NCBI GenBank assembly: GCA_010356995.1
Contig: ML996697.1
Span: forward strand, 678,153 to 727,717
Length of the DNA: 49,565 nucleotides
Origin: Trichodelitschia bisporula
Taxonomy: Eukaryota
Direction of reading: 5' to 3'
Shown here in pieces: positions 28,461-41,300 of the stretch; positions within the stretch are counted from its first letter, which is position 1, and the number at the start of each line of letters is the position of its first letter. A program made the translations under genes and the position numbers. The notes beneath the pieces were generated by a model. It made no database searches, was not told the DNA's origin, and saw only the letters and a list, made by a program, of their open reading frames with translations.

Positions 28461-28798
28461 TTAAACGTATACTTTCTCAGCCATTGCTCATCAACGGCTC
28501 TGCCGACAGGTATCCGTACATGAGGCACATCAACCTACTCCCCTCCCCTACCCACCCATCACCTAACCGACTCGGTACTGCATATGTCAAACTTCGCGAT
28601 ACCCGACACGGCCAACACTCACTCGGAGAAAACAGGACTGTTCCTAATATTCCATTCCGCTATGATCAGACACCCCGTTCCCTACATCACCGCTATGACA
28701 GACACCCTACCGAACCCGCCCACCGCAGATGCCACAACGCCCGCCTCCCGTCCTTTTAAACGCCGCCTCAAGTCTCAAGTCCAGAACAACAGCCCGAT

Positions 28799-31780
28799 CT
28801 ACGCCCTCCCCTTCCCTTTAGTCTCCTTACTCACAGGCGCCCCCCTCCCCGCCCCCGTACTCCCACCCAACCCCCTTCCAGACACCGCCCGCGCCCCAGG
28901 CAACCCTCTCTCCGGCTGCGCAGCCCTCCTATCCTTCTCCGCCGGGACCGCGGTCCTCGCCCCCCTCTCCTTCCCCTCCCGTCCCGCCTCTTTCCCCGCC
29001 GGCACCACCGTAGCCGGCGTCTTCGCCCCCACCGGCCGACTATGCCGCTTCCTCCTAACCGGACTATAAACATCATTAAAATTCATAACCATCGCCAACC
29101 ACCTCATATCCGTATCCGGCTGCGCATACAGATCCCCCAGGAGTACATTAACCCTCGCCTTGAAATCGGCCGCTAGGTGCGCTAGCCTCCCCCTCAAGCC
29201 ACCCAGGATATCATCCTCGCTCACAGAGGCCAGACCGAGGCCATGCGGTGCGGCAATCGGGGTTGGTATATCGTCATCGCGCTCGCTGAGGCCCCACTTG
29301 CCTGCGGCGGTGCGGTTCTCGATCTTCGCGCTCCGCTCCTGCCTTCGCGTAAACTCTGCAACAGAGAAAGAATACAGCCCATCCACCGCATCTTTGTACG
29401 CGAGCATCGTCTTCAACAACTCGTGCAACTGTCCGGGAAAATCAACCGCACTCGCGCCTAACAACCCCTTCCGCGTGATGGCCGTCAAGTACGCCGCATG
29501 CGCAGCAATAAGATCATCGAGCGTAGAATCCGGCCTGCGCATGGCTTCCTGCAACTCCCCCCAACTGCTCTCGATGACTTCGAACAGGATGTAGTACTGC
29601 AGCTGATTGACAAAATGCACCATCTCCGCCACCACGCACCGCGCACTCTTCCAATCCCCCCCCACCCTATCCGTAACCGCGCCGAGCACGCCCCGCGCAC
29701 CCGTCATGCACCGCCGCCACGTCGTCCCGAGCGCGAACTCGACGCGCTTGACGCGCCATAGGAAATTGAATACTTTGAGGTATTGCTTGGAGCCGAAGGG
29801 CGTGACGATGACGTCGACGGGCGGGGAAATCTTGTACTCCAAAGTGAAAACATCCCAGCCGATTTCGCCGTGGCTGAGTTCCAGCATGCGGCTATCCAGC
29901 CTGCGCAACACGTCGGGGGAATCGTGCTGGGCGTTTGAATTGCGGACCGCGTGTTCGAGTTGCGCGGTCAGGGTGTGGCGGTACTGCGTATTAGCAGGCC
30001 GGTCCAGGTTCGCAGAGAGCGACTCCATGAGCACGGCGATGAAGTCGCCCGCGCCGAGGAGGAGGTATTTCTTGAGGGCGGAGAGGTGCTCGAAGAGATG
30101 GAATTTGTTTTCCATGAGGGTGATTAGGCGCGCCATGGTTGTTTTGTACGCTTCATCGATGCTAGTCTCCAGCGTCGCGGTGTCGCCGTAGTGCAGCTCG
30201 CGGGAGGCAGATTTGGAATACGACTCAACCCAGCTTGCGTCGTTGCAGCCATGCCGGATGAAGTTGAGCGATTTGCCGATGAGGAAGACTTTGTTCGCGA
30301 AGGAGTCGGTGATGATGCTAGGCACCATGGCTGCGTTGAGCTTGTACTTGTCCTCCCACACGCTCGTCGCGCCGCCCTTGCCCGTGTCGTCTAGCTTCTC
30401 CTGCTGCTCCGAGACGAAGAACTCGAGATGCGGATCCGAGAGCTCGCCGTCGTAGATCCACTGCCGGAGCATGTCGTAGAACGGCCGCGTCACGTGGGAG
30501 AGTAAGCGCTCGGCGAAGTTGACGACGAAGGGGTCGCCGTGGGTGAGTGCGAAGGAGTGGATCACTGAGATGAGCTGGCCGCCCTTTTTGTCTGCCTCCG
30601 TTAGCCGGCGAAAACTTGAACAATGCACCGCGGGCTCACCCTTCGACTGCTCCACCATCAGGCTCATCAGCCTCAGCCCCATCGTCGCCTCGCGCGTCCA
30701 CACCACGCAGCGCTTCAGCGTAACCCCCGCCTTGCCAATCCCCTGCCTCGGCCCATCATCCAGCTGCGCCAGCGCACGACGGATCTGGCCCTCCAGCGTC
30801 GCCACCAGCCCCAGATAAGCCCTCAACTCAATGCTCAGCGCCGAGCGGAAACTCTGCCCCACCAGGCCGCCGCTCGACGACTCGACAAACTCAGACAGCC
30901 CGCGGTAAAGTAAGCACGGTTCGGCGAGCGTGTGTAGCAGGCCGATCACGGGAACCGGAAGCGTGGGCGGCAGCTTGAGGATCTTGGAGGAGGAGAAGAC
31001 GAGGTTGGTGGATGAGAGGCCCTGCAGCGTGAAGGGAAGGTCGCGGAGGAGCGCTGGCTCGGGCGGCGTCAGCGCGTCGTAGTTCGGGTATGAGGGAGAT
31101 GGGGGCGGCGGCTCGGCCTCGGGCTCTGCGTCTCTAGTACGCTCTCGCCGCTGGCGCGACGCGGGGCGTTCCTGACGGGGCTCCTCCGTGGCCGGAAGCC
31201 GCAGTAGCCCGGCGTTCGAAAAGGCTTCGTTGAAAGCGGAGCTGTCGACGACGTATTGCCGTCCCTTGCGTTCCTCCGACGCTCCGACCGTCGGGCTGTG
31301 GCTGCGGCGGTGGTTTGCCATGGACTGGCGGTTCTCAGCGGTAGGGGCGTCGGTCAGGGAGTGGAGGAAGTAGAGCATCGCCCATTTTTGGCTGAGCACG
31401 GGCTGCGAAAGCAGCCGGGAGTAGAGGTTGGAGAACTTGAGGGCTTTTTCGGGGGACAGGTTGTCGCGGATCACTGGCCGATTAGCTATGAGCGGAACTA
31501 AGGGCAGTCGCGAGGGAAACCATACGTCGCCTCTTAATCAGATCGGCGGCATGATGTACATCAGGTCCGACGGCGGTGTCGGCAGCACTGGCACCTGTTA
31601 ACGCGGCCCCGAGCTCGTTCAACACCCTACGCACCTCGCTATCGCGTTGCGCGCAAAGGCAAAGGCGTCGTCCAGGCGCTGGTCGGCGGTCTCGTCGTCA
31701 TCCTCGGGGTAGATGGGCACAGTGCGTTCCAGCAGCTGCCAGAGCGCGTTGTCGATGCGTTCCTCGGTGGATTTGGACAT
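28799..31780 (-). CDS. spc98: Gamma-tubulin complex component 3 (Spc98/Alp6/GCP3)
   Basis: ATG at 31780 (MSKSTEERIDNAL), with introns 31588-31634, 31474-31525 and an in-frame intron 30592-30639. GRIP-domain motifs include WEDKYKL, KVFLIGKSLNFIR, ALKKYLLLGAGDFI, GWDVFTLEYKI, YLKVFNFLWRVKRVE and QYYILFEVIESSW. Confidence 0.93.
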
Positions 31781-32016
31781 GGCGAGACGCGCATTCTGGT
31801 GTAGCTGGGTGTTGACTTGGTTGAGCACGAAAATGCTTGTTGTTGCGCGTTGCGGAGAGAACGCGGCGTATGCGGGGGTCGACGGGAGCCTCAGGCAGAT
31901 TTTGCTGGGGATGCATCTGGTCTCATCGGCAAAGGTTGACGCCGGATACTCTGCATCATCACGACAATTTGCTCCTGAACCTCTCTGTCAACAGCTACAC
32001 CGTCCGCCTAGCAGCA
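31781..32016. promoter_or_regulatory. Short divergent (bidirectional) promoter region
   Basis: Only 236 bp separate the head-to-head start codons of spc98 (31780) and cog8 (32017). Confidence 0.6.
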
Positions 32017-33339
32017 ATGGCAGACCCTATATTTGAACTGCTTGTCCCGTACTTTGACGGGGACGAGTCCGACCGGCCCCTCTCAGACGCCGCAACCACG
32101 CAGTACATCAACCACCTCACGACCCTTTCTCTCACAGACCTTACCATCACCGAGCCAGCCGCCCTCTCGCACGCCTCTCACACGCTCCTCCGCTCCCTCC
32201 AGGGTCTCAGCAAGCGCTCGCACAAGCACATAATAGCTTCAGCCGCTCACTTGTCACAGCTCTCACCCACCCTACCCGAGTTGTACAAGCAGTCGTCCAG
32301 TCTAGTCGACAGTCTCCCGGACCTTGAGTCTAGCGCAGTCAACTTTACAGGAAAGTATCGCCGCAGCGCAGACAGCGAGAATGAAGTTCTTGCGCGCCGC
32401 AAAAAGGCGCTGCTCCTGGCACAAAACTCGGACCGCATTGCGTCCATTCTCGAGCTACCGACGTTGCTCAACACCGCCATCTCTGCCGCGTCCCAAGGTA
32501 CGAGCGTGAATTATACCTCAGCGCTGGACCTCTACGCCTACATAAAGCGGCTTGCAAAGCTGTATGCCAACTCGCCGCTGATCAAGTCTATCACCGAACA
32601 GGCCGAGCATGAGATGCGCCTCCTCACCTCCAACCTCATTGCCGGCCTGCAGGCCCAAGGAATCAAGCTCGCCGGCGCAATGCGCATGGTCGGCTGGCTG
32701 CGCCGAGTGGCGCCGGAACTGGACCAAACTGCGTGGGAGAAGGGAGGCACGTTCGGCAGCAGCGACGGCGGGCTCGGGGCGCTTTTTCTCGTGTGCCGCC
32801 TAGCGAACCTCGTCAGCATGCTCTCGGCGCTGGAGCCGCTGCGTGAGCTTGCCGACCAAGAAACGGCCCAACGCGAGGCCGCCGTCAAGCGCTGGACCGG
32901 CGGCCAGCAGACGGAGCGCTATCTCAAGCGCTACGTCGAGATATTCCGCGAGCAGAGCTTTGCCATTGTCAGCATGTACCGCAGCGTGTTCCCCTCCGCG
33001 CTGCCGACCGCTGACGCCCGGACCGCCGATGCCCTGCTCCCGCTGCCCTCGCCACTGGCCACCTTCCCCGCGCATCTGGTCGACATGCTCTTCGACGTGT
33101 TGCGGACATATCTACCAAACGTTTGGGATCGCGCAGGCAAGGATAGCTTGATGACCCAGGTGCTCTACTGTGCGGGTAGTCTGGGCCGTCTCGGTGGCGA
33201 CTTCAGCATGATGCTCGCATTTCTGGAGGACGAGGACGGCACCGAATGGATTGAAGTTATGAAGAAGCACCGCGTGCAGGCAAGCCGCCTTGAGCTGTTA
33301 GCCAGTGGCGTCGGCGCAAAGCACGTATCGCCCGTCTAA
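32017..33339 (+). CDS. cog8: Conserved oligomeric Golgi complex subunit 8 (Dor1 family)
   Basis: Likely ATG at 32017 (MADPIFELLVPYF). Motifs include ILELPTLL, NYTSALDL, IKLAGAMRMVGWLRR, RYLKRYVEIFREQSFAIVSMY and SLMTQVLYCAGSLGRLGGDF. No introns are needed. Confidence 0.9.
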   Translation: MADPIFELLVPYFDGDESDRPLSDAATTQYINHLTTLSLTDLTITEPAALSHASHTLLRSLQGLSKRSHKHIIASAAHLSQLSPTLPELYKQSSSLVDSLPDLESSAVNFTGKYRRSADSENEVLARRKKALLLAQNSDRIASILELPTLLNTAISAASQGTSVNYTSALDLYAYIKRLAKLYANSPLIKSITEQAEHEMRLLTSNLIAGLQAQGIKLAGAMRMVGWLRRVAPELDQTAWEKGGTFGSSDGGLGALFLVCRLANLVSMLSALEPLRELADQETAQREAAVKRWTGGQQTERYLKRYVEIFREQSFAIVSMYRSVFPSALPTADARTADALLPLPSPLATFPAHLVDMLFDVLRTYLPNVWDRAGKDSLMTQVLYCAGSLGRLGGDFSMMLAFLEDEDGTEWIEVMKKHRVQASRLELLASGVGAKHVSPV

Positions 33340-33977
33340 CGGCACCGGATCCGCGGCGAACCAAACTAAAGGCACCTCACGCGACGGCTGACACGGGCTC
33401 AATATCTTCTTACGGCCGGCCCGTGGTTCACCCCCCCCACAACCCGGCTCCAAAATCTGCTCAAGCCTTTTATTTAGCCTCTGCGCAGATTGCCCGTCGC
33501 CTTGTTTCCCCATTCCCGGCTATCCGTCCCGCCACACGTGACTTCCAGCCTTGCCGCTCGTTTCGATGAAACGAACGCAAAACAACATACTTGAATACAG
33601 TTCGTGGGCCTTCCCCGCGTGGTCAGCGCATCTAATATACGTCGATCCACCCCATCGCCACTGGCTGCCACAATGCCGCACCTACCCAATCGGCCCGCTT
33701 CCTGCAAAAGGTCTTCAACATCGCGCGAGCTACGTGCCAGTTACCTCCAATGCCGGGAATGGCCCCCGGCACGCTGCAATGCACCCTTCGCCGCCAGCGG
33801 CCGTAAGTAGGATTTGCCACACCACGCGGCGTGGCAACGCGCCCTTCCACGGACGCATGTGCGCAATCAACGTCGTGCGGTACCTGTAGCAGCGGCGCAA
33901 TGGGATGGGGTGGGGTATATCATTGCGGCCCCGCGCGACCACCGCCCTTCCCCTCTCCATCACTCTCTTTACCCACG

Positions 33978-35816
33978 ATGCGGTCCCTCACTCTGTCGCT
34001 GTCGTTCCTTGCCCTTCTGGGCCCCGCTGCCGCAGCCGCGAACTGCAAGGCCATTCCGTCGGATCCTTCCTTCCCCGCGGCCGATGTGTGGAAGGCTGCG
34101 CTGCCTAATGCAAAGGCCCGCGGCCCGCAGACAATCCCGACACGGCCGGATTACCGCCTTGAGGCTGCTAGTGTTGTGGATGTGAAGGCGGCGGTAGATT
34201 TTGCGCGCAAGCATAATGTTCGGCTGAGTCTGATTACGAGCGGGCACGATGGACTGGCTCGGTACGTTCCCGCTTCTGTCTGTCCAAGGAGCAACCGCTG
34301 ACCCCCCCAGCAATGACGCCCCCAGCGGCCTTCTCGTCGGCCTAGAAAAGCTAACAGGCGTCCGCATCGAGACGACCTTCACCCCCTCACCAAAGGGCGC
34401 AGCGCCCATATCCAAACCCGCCCCCATGCCCAAACTCCGCAAGCGCGCCACTCCGCAGGCCGTAACCTTCGGCGCCGGAATGACAACCCAAGCCATAAAC
34501 GACCTAATCGCCAAAGAAGGGATCTACACCAATGGCGCCGAGCACGGTACCTCCCCCCCCCCCACCTCCCTCCCCACCATCCCTTCCCACCAACCAGGCT
34601 AACTCCCCCAGGCGAAGTCTCCGTCGCCGGCGGCTGGGCCCAATGCGGCGGCCACGGCCCCCTAACCCCCTACGTCGGCCTCGGCGTCGACGACGCTCTT
34701 GAATTCCAAGTCGTAACTGCGGACGGCCAGCTACGTATCGCTAACGCTGTGTCCGAGCCCGATCTCTTCTGGGCGCTGCGCGGCGGGTGCGGGTCCACGT
34801 TCGGCGTCGTAGTCCAAGCGACCGTGCGTGCGCACCCGTCCCCGAAAATGGCAGTCACGCGCTTCACGCTCAACGCCACGAACCCCGCGGGTGTAGCCAA
34901 GGCCACCGCTGTGCTGCACGCTGCGTTCCCGGACCTGGTCAAGGCGGGTGTGGGTGGGTATTACAACCTCTTCCCCGGGCAATTGACGGGGATATTTCAC
35001 ACCGTCGGGGAGCAGGGCACGAGCGCGTACAGCCAGAAGATCTGGGCGCCGATACTCGCGAAACTCGGCGGTGTGGACACGGTGGTTAAGTCCACGGCTA
35101 CCGCCACGTACGCGGAGTTCCCATCCTACAAAGCCTACTACGACAAGACGTGGGGCGCCGCGGACGCACATATGAAGGCGCGCCGCGGGCTGTCCAAGCC
35201 CGATGTGTATAACTGGTGGTCCACCCCCGAACCCGAGGCCATTCCGGCGCTAGCGCGCCGCCACGGCCCGGGCGAAGCCGCCATGCTCCCCGTGAGCGGC
35301 GGGCGCAGCGACGGCGCGAGCCGCCTGCTCGACGCAGCCGCGGTGACGGACCCGCGCAACGCGGATCTCATCCGCAAATCCATGCCCGGCAAGGGCATGT
35401 TGCGGGGGGCTTTGCTCGGCGGGCCGGGACTGCATAAACCGGGGCCGGCGGACACGGCTGTGCATCCTAGTTGGCGGAGTACGATTGCGACGTTGTGGGT
35501 GCCGGGGGATGGCGCGGGACTTGCGGAGCTGGCGCCGAAGATGGGGAGTTATGTTAATGAGGGGGCGTGGAATGCGTCGAACTGGCAAGATGTTTTCTGG
35601 GGGGCGAACTATGGGAGATTGGAGAAGGTTAAGGAGAAGGTGGACCCTGGGTTTGTATTCTACGTCACTCCGGGTGTTGGCGCTGATGCTTGGGCGGGGA
35701 ATGGGAAGGGGGCACTTTGTAAGGCGGAGGGGGGGCAGGGAAGATCAGGGGTGGTGAAGGGTGGGTTTCCGCCTGTGGGGGATAATTTGAATTTGAAGAA
35801 GGGGTCGAAGGGTTAA
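33978..35816 (+). CDS. Secreted FAD-linked oxidoreductase, berberine-bridge-enzyme-like (FAD_binding_4 + BBE)
   Basis: Signal peptide MRSLTLSLSFLALLGPAAAA. Motifs: FARKHNVRLSLITSGHD (FAD-attachment His), GGWAQCGGHGPL, VVTADG, DLFWALRGGCGSTFGVV, YVNE and FWGANYGRLEKVKEKVDP. Introns at 34262-34310 and 34547-34611. Confidence 0.92.
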
Positions 35817-36363
35817 GGGGGTAGGGAGTTATGAGAGTAAATGAACATTTCTTGATTGAAAGTCTGAGTATGGTTGTGGTTTCGTATGTCGCCGTTCCGT
35901 CGGCCTTACCCAATGTAGCCTTGCCGAAGGCCTCGCCCATACAGTCTTGCTCTTGTAAGCCCCTCTCCAATGGAACCACTCATGTCCACTAATACCCCAC
36001 AACAGGTTTGATACTAGACGAACCGTCCCCCTCCCGCCGCGGTCGGCCGGTGAGACTCATCGTCCCAGCGAGGCTGAGACCCACGATTCTTGGCGTTGGG
36101 TTTCGCAAACGGATTTTCTCCGAAGTGCGACCGCGGGGAGTCACGGGACGAGGACCTGTAGACGTGAATCGTAGGTCGTACCTTCCGTTTACGAGGACTC
36201 CCACCGTGAGAGGCTATCCAGAGGAAACGGTCCGTGGCTGCCGTTGGTGTGACGTTTTTGGCCCCTGGAGGTCTATAAATACGGCTCCTCCGCTCCTATT
36301 TCCTCTTCTTCTTTTCCACAACATCTTCCCCACTTCAACGCCCAATCATCTCCAAAACATCTT

Positions 36364-36511
36364 CTCCACAACATCTACAAAATCTCCTCCACAACATCTA
36401 TAACATATCCTCCACAACATCTACAACATCTCCTCCACAATATCTACAACATCTCCTCCACAACATCTACAACATCTCCTCCACAACATCTACAACATCT
36501 CCTCCACAACA
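36364..36511. repeat. 23-bp minisatellite x ~6.5
   Basis: CTCCACAACATCTACAACATCTC units start at 36364, 36387, 36410, 36433, 36456, 36479 and 36502. Confidence 0.95.
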
Positions 36512-37552
36512 TACACAACTCCTTCCTCACCACTCCACCACTCGACCACCTCAACTTCATCTTTCCCCAAATACCAAGCCTGACATCTGTCCCCCCCTGT
36601 ATACTCGCTGAGCGCGCGACGCTCACTCTCGCCCCACTCGCCAGTTATGATGACATCTTGACGGATGCGCTGGTAGATCATGTACGCCTATGAGTGCCCC
36701 CGCGCGTGTGCGTGCTCCGCTAACTCGCTGCAGGTATACTTCTGGTCGACGATCCGCAAGAACCTGTCTCGGTATATACATACGAGTATACCTTGGAAAT
36801 AGCTTATCCTACGCTTCCGAAGACGGGAAAGCAGGCGTGAAATCCCCTATACTCAACATCCGATCGCCTCCTTTTCAGTATCCTGCCTCGGGTCGTTAGG
36901 CCCCGAGATGACTATATCATGGATATCGTACCGCCTGCCTCAATTCGCCTCGAAGGCATCATACAGCGCGCGCGCGACGCTGTCATCAAGAACATCCCCA
37001 AAGGCAAGGGCGATATACCACCAGGGTATATACTCGCCCCCTACTCCCGCCGCCGCCGTCTCGCAAATCTTCACGCATGATGGCCACGAAGCGATTACCG
37101 TCTAGTCGTACCCTGGATCGCCACAGCATCATTATCGACTTAACTGCGGATTGACGGAATCGTGCAGATATCCCTAACCGACAACAAGTGCCTCGACGAG
37201 CAAGCTAGGTTTGAGGGTTGTCGGTCGGCTTTCGAACACGGCGGTACTGCGTTCACAACGGCACCCGGCCCCTGAGATGTATATTGCGCGCCTTGCGCCA
37301 GGTCACCACCCGCACCGAGACCATGGTCAAGAACGTTTCCGACAAGTATATCGAGGCCAAGCCCGTGGCCCGTTCTTTCACTCACAACCATCATTGCTAC
37401 CAGAACCAGTCTCGCGGCTGGCTGGCACCTTTCACTTCCGTTCTGTCGAAATCGGGCGCATATACGCCCCCGCGCCCGATGTGCTCGAGGTGTTTGCCAC
37501 CGCCGCTGTCCGCCCCCGCCCGTATACAAAGTCCCGTCTATATATAAGACCG

Positions 37553-38349
37553 GCATCGAGCTGCGTCCGACAAGCATCGAGCAGAAGACGTTCCCCTTCC
37601 GTGGTACGAGACAATCAGCTGCACTCATTCGAATTTGAAAGCGGATGACACCGCGGATGACGGCCGAAAGGGCTACCCCGGCCCGGCCTTGCGGCTGGGT
37701 TGGCGACTTTCAATCTCGTGTATATGGACTCCCGCCATTATAGTCGGTGCCTCGCGGCGCCTGACGCCGCCATCCCCATTGTCAACCCAAACGCAGCCTC
37801 CTCATCTCCTTGAAATTCCCTCTATTGCGCCCCGAGACACGAGACTTTGTGCCACCGTTTTCTAGAGCCCCAAATGCTGCGTCGGCGACGTCTAGTCGCC
37901 ACATATATACGACTTGATATGGCCGTTATATATACCCGCCTCTCTCGTCGGCTTCGGAGCAAAGCGTCGATACATCGGTGAAGCGGCAAGGACGCGGGTC
38001 TCTATATTCTCAATCCGAGCGGTCTTGACCGCATCGAGCTGCGTCCGACAAGCATCGAGCGGGAGACGTTTCCTTCTACGGTGCGAGACAATCAGCTGCA
38101 CTTATTCGACTTTGAAGGCGACTTGAGGAACGTCGGACGGTCGAAGGACTTTCGCTGGGACCATTATATATCTAGAGCATCTGGGACTTGTATACGTCGC
38201 CGCCCAACGATTATTCCTACCCTCCGCTCGTGTCGAAGCTTCCCTGTACCTATAATGGACCGGCGGTGCCGCGTCGTACAAGCATCGAGCAGGAGACGTT
38301 CCCTTCCATGGTGCGAGACGGGCAGTGGCACTCATTCGACCTTGAAGGC
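37553..38349 (+). repeat. Three dispersed ~70-90 bp direct repeats
   Basis: ACAAGCATCGAGC..GAGACGTTC.CTTC..TGGT.CGAGAC...CAG.TGCACT.ATTCGA..TTGAA.GC occurs at 37553-37643, 38031-38120 and 38278-38349. Confidence 0.85.
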
Positions 38350-41300
38350 TACTATGGATGTCGAACAGCCGAAGCACTTCCGCGCTGGAACCTGTATACA
38401 TCTCTCCCATCCGGGCCCTGTCTATACCTCTCGGATTTGTCGAAGAACGGCCCGATCTATACCAAGTCCGCGCCACCACGCTGCGGTATTCAAGTGTGCC
38501 CCGGCCGCGCCTCCACCGCCGGGGACAACTCACGGCCGCCCCTTCCTCCGAACTTCCCTTCCCCTTTCCTTTGCACGAACATCACCAAGATGCCGTGGCG
38601 GCTCTATATCGGCTGGCATCGCGTGCCATTTTATACGTCTGCTCTTTATACGAGACTGGGGTTTGCTCTCCGCACGGTCGATCCTCTGTCCTCCTGCATC
38701 AAGGTATAGCTCAGTCTAGAGCGCCGGCCCGATCTCTCCTGCCAGCCACTTCGTCAACGAAGAGGTTCAGCATTTCAATTGCCACTAACGCCAGCCTTAT
38801 ATGAAGCTGCACTCTAACCTATACGCCCTTCCGAGTCAATCGACATTCTCTCTTCACCAGAGAGGAATTATATACACCGGCCCCGAGGTATCGTCGGTCG
38901 AGCGGATGGAGGCGACGTGTAGTGAAGCAAATCCCGGCGGAGAAAAGTCCCTCTATCCTCGATCGCTGTAAACTCTTCCCCGCAACAAACTCACACCCTA
39001 CAACTGCAATCGCCTGCTCAACCGATTGAGGTATACTTCTCGGCTCTACCATTCCCCTTCTTCCCTAGGTCGGCAGGTGCAAGGCGCATCCATAAACCCC
39101 GCAACTGCACGCCAAAATGTTGTGTTTATACCCGACCCCTCCATATCAATCCTCGAGTCGGCCTTTCGACATTTTCCGATTGACAATGTGTGGGCCCGCG
39201 CCGCCGCCACTTACATCTTCCCAGCTTGAACAGTGCTTTGATTGCTGAAGTACATACTTCGTCCGCATGTATCTTTAACGATGAGGAGCCCACGACTATC
39301 TCGCTGCTGGCCTTCAAGGGGGACTATATACCACTGAACCGCAAACCGATCAGCGTCGCATACGAAGCATTTGCCAAGGGTGATCTGGTATTATATATCG
39401 GCGCACTCCCCCCATCATGTTCCGGACTATACATATAATGACTTGGTATGTCTACAAATTTTGTACCGAACTCCGCTGACTGTACAGGAACAGTTCTTCC
39501 CCTCGCGGTGGCAGCTACACAACCTCGCACCCACGAACTGCTCCATCATTTCCATTGTCCCCATCCTTCTGCGCTGTCGAGCTCGCTGGGCGAGCCATAT
39601 ACCGCCCCCCGGCGGCCTTTATATTCCGCCGGGGTGGTGATGGCCGCTATATCGCTAAACACAGTCGCCCTCATTTACTTCTCCACGTTCCACTCTCTCC
39701 GTCGTACCAGGTATATAACCGGTTGTCTCTCCATATATACCGCCGAATCGAGGCCGCTTCCGGCGTGCTCCATCCAAAAGCAGACGCACAGTCATCTCAT
39801 TCCTTCATACATTCCCGTACCACAGCGGGCCTCCATATATACCACCGGCAGCAAGTGGACCGAGATGGGTGTGATGTATGACACCAACAAGCAAAACCAG
39901 AAGCCTACTTCTACCCGTGCCGAAGCGCAAGCCGTCCGGTCGCTTCCAGACTACTCCATCCAGAAATAGACGCGCCAACATCGCATCACTTCTTACATGC
40001 CACGGGCGCGGGTGCCGGGCACGGCGTATCTGGAACAGGTGGTTCGGAGCCGTATATTTTCACTTGTCCATCTCACACAGCATTTGCGCCGCATCATTCC
40101 GTATATACCGCCGGGGCGCAAGTACCCTTCTACGCATCACTTCCTGATCATATCATTCATAACCCATCATCACTCAAAGGTCACTGGCGCGGAGGGACCA
40201 TATACATTGAAGGGGATGAGGCTGCGCCTGCCGGCCGTATACGTCAAGATTCCATTCGGAGGATGCTGTTGAACTCGCCCAATCCGACGCACTCCATCCA
40301 GAAGCACACGCGTCATCACCGCATCACGTACCACGGCCCCGGTGCCGGGTATGGCGTATATAACCCGGGAGGCTCCAAGCTCTGTCTGGAAGCGTCGGCA
40401 ACAGGGCATCCGGACCACTGGTGTCAATAACAAGTCTGCCATCTCCCAAGCTTCTTCAATTTCGCACTAGGGGGCTTCTTTAGCGCAGCGCGGTGAATCT
40501 CCTCTATCCACAAAAAGGCAGCATGTCTCATCCTGTCAAATAGCTGTGTACTCTCCCTTGACCGCTTCACCCAGCATTTGGCGACCTTACATACCGCATC
40601 ATCCCATATATACCCCCGGGGCGCAAGTCCGCCCAAATCGACTTACCTCCCGGCCGGCGGGACTGTCTTCGATCCTACAAGGGCGTTCCCGGCCGGCCGG
40701 ATGACGGAGCTGGGCGGAGGGCGGCTTTTCAAAGCTGCTGTATATACGGCGCCCCAGGACCGAATGCCATACGAGTCGCCGGCGGATCTCAGCCTCCCGT
40801 ACTCTTCACCTCCGTCTCCTCCGCCCTCCCGCAATACTTATTGCGCCGTCTCAACGCAGCAAATGAGGCTCGACATCTGTTTCGACGACACCGAACGCGA
40901 TACGCGCTGGTGCGCCTTGTGCCATCAGCACGTGGCCCTGCCAGCCCCCATGTTCCTCGTCGCAGCTGTGCGCATCGCAACTCATACTACCTCCGCCCGC
41001 GGTGGCGATTATATGTCTATCGATTTTTTACATACCGTCGCTCCTCTGCTCCTCATCCGTCCCTCAGAGATCAGTACCTTGTCTCTACAATACCTAGCAT
41101 ACCCACTTCGGTCGGCGGGCAGTTGCTGGCGAGCGCTTCGGCTTCGCGGCTGAGACGGCGGACTTCGGTGCTCTCGACTTCAGCGGCAGGCACAGCTGTA
41201 TACCGCATAGCTTTTTGTTGAGCTCAGAAAGCTCTCATCGATTGTTGCGACTTTGTCAGGGCGGCCATTGGCCGCACATCTTCCAAGCAGAATCAATTTC

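Noticed and set aside
31837..32016. N-terminal extension of the COG8 ORF given in the ORF track
   Set aside because: It begins at a non-ATG codon in the divergent promoter; the conserved-looking protein starts at ATG 32017.
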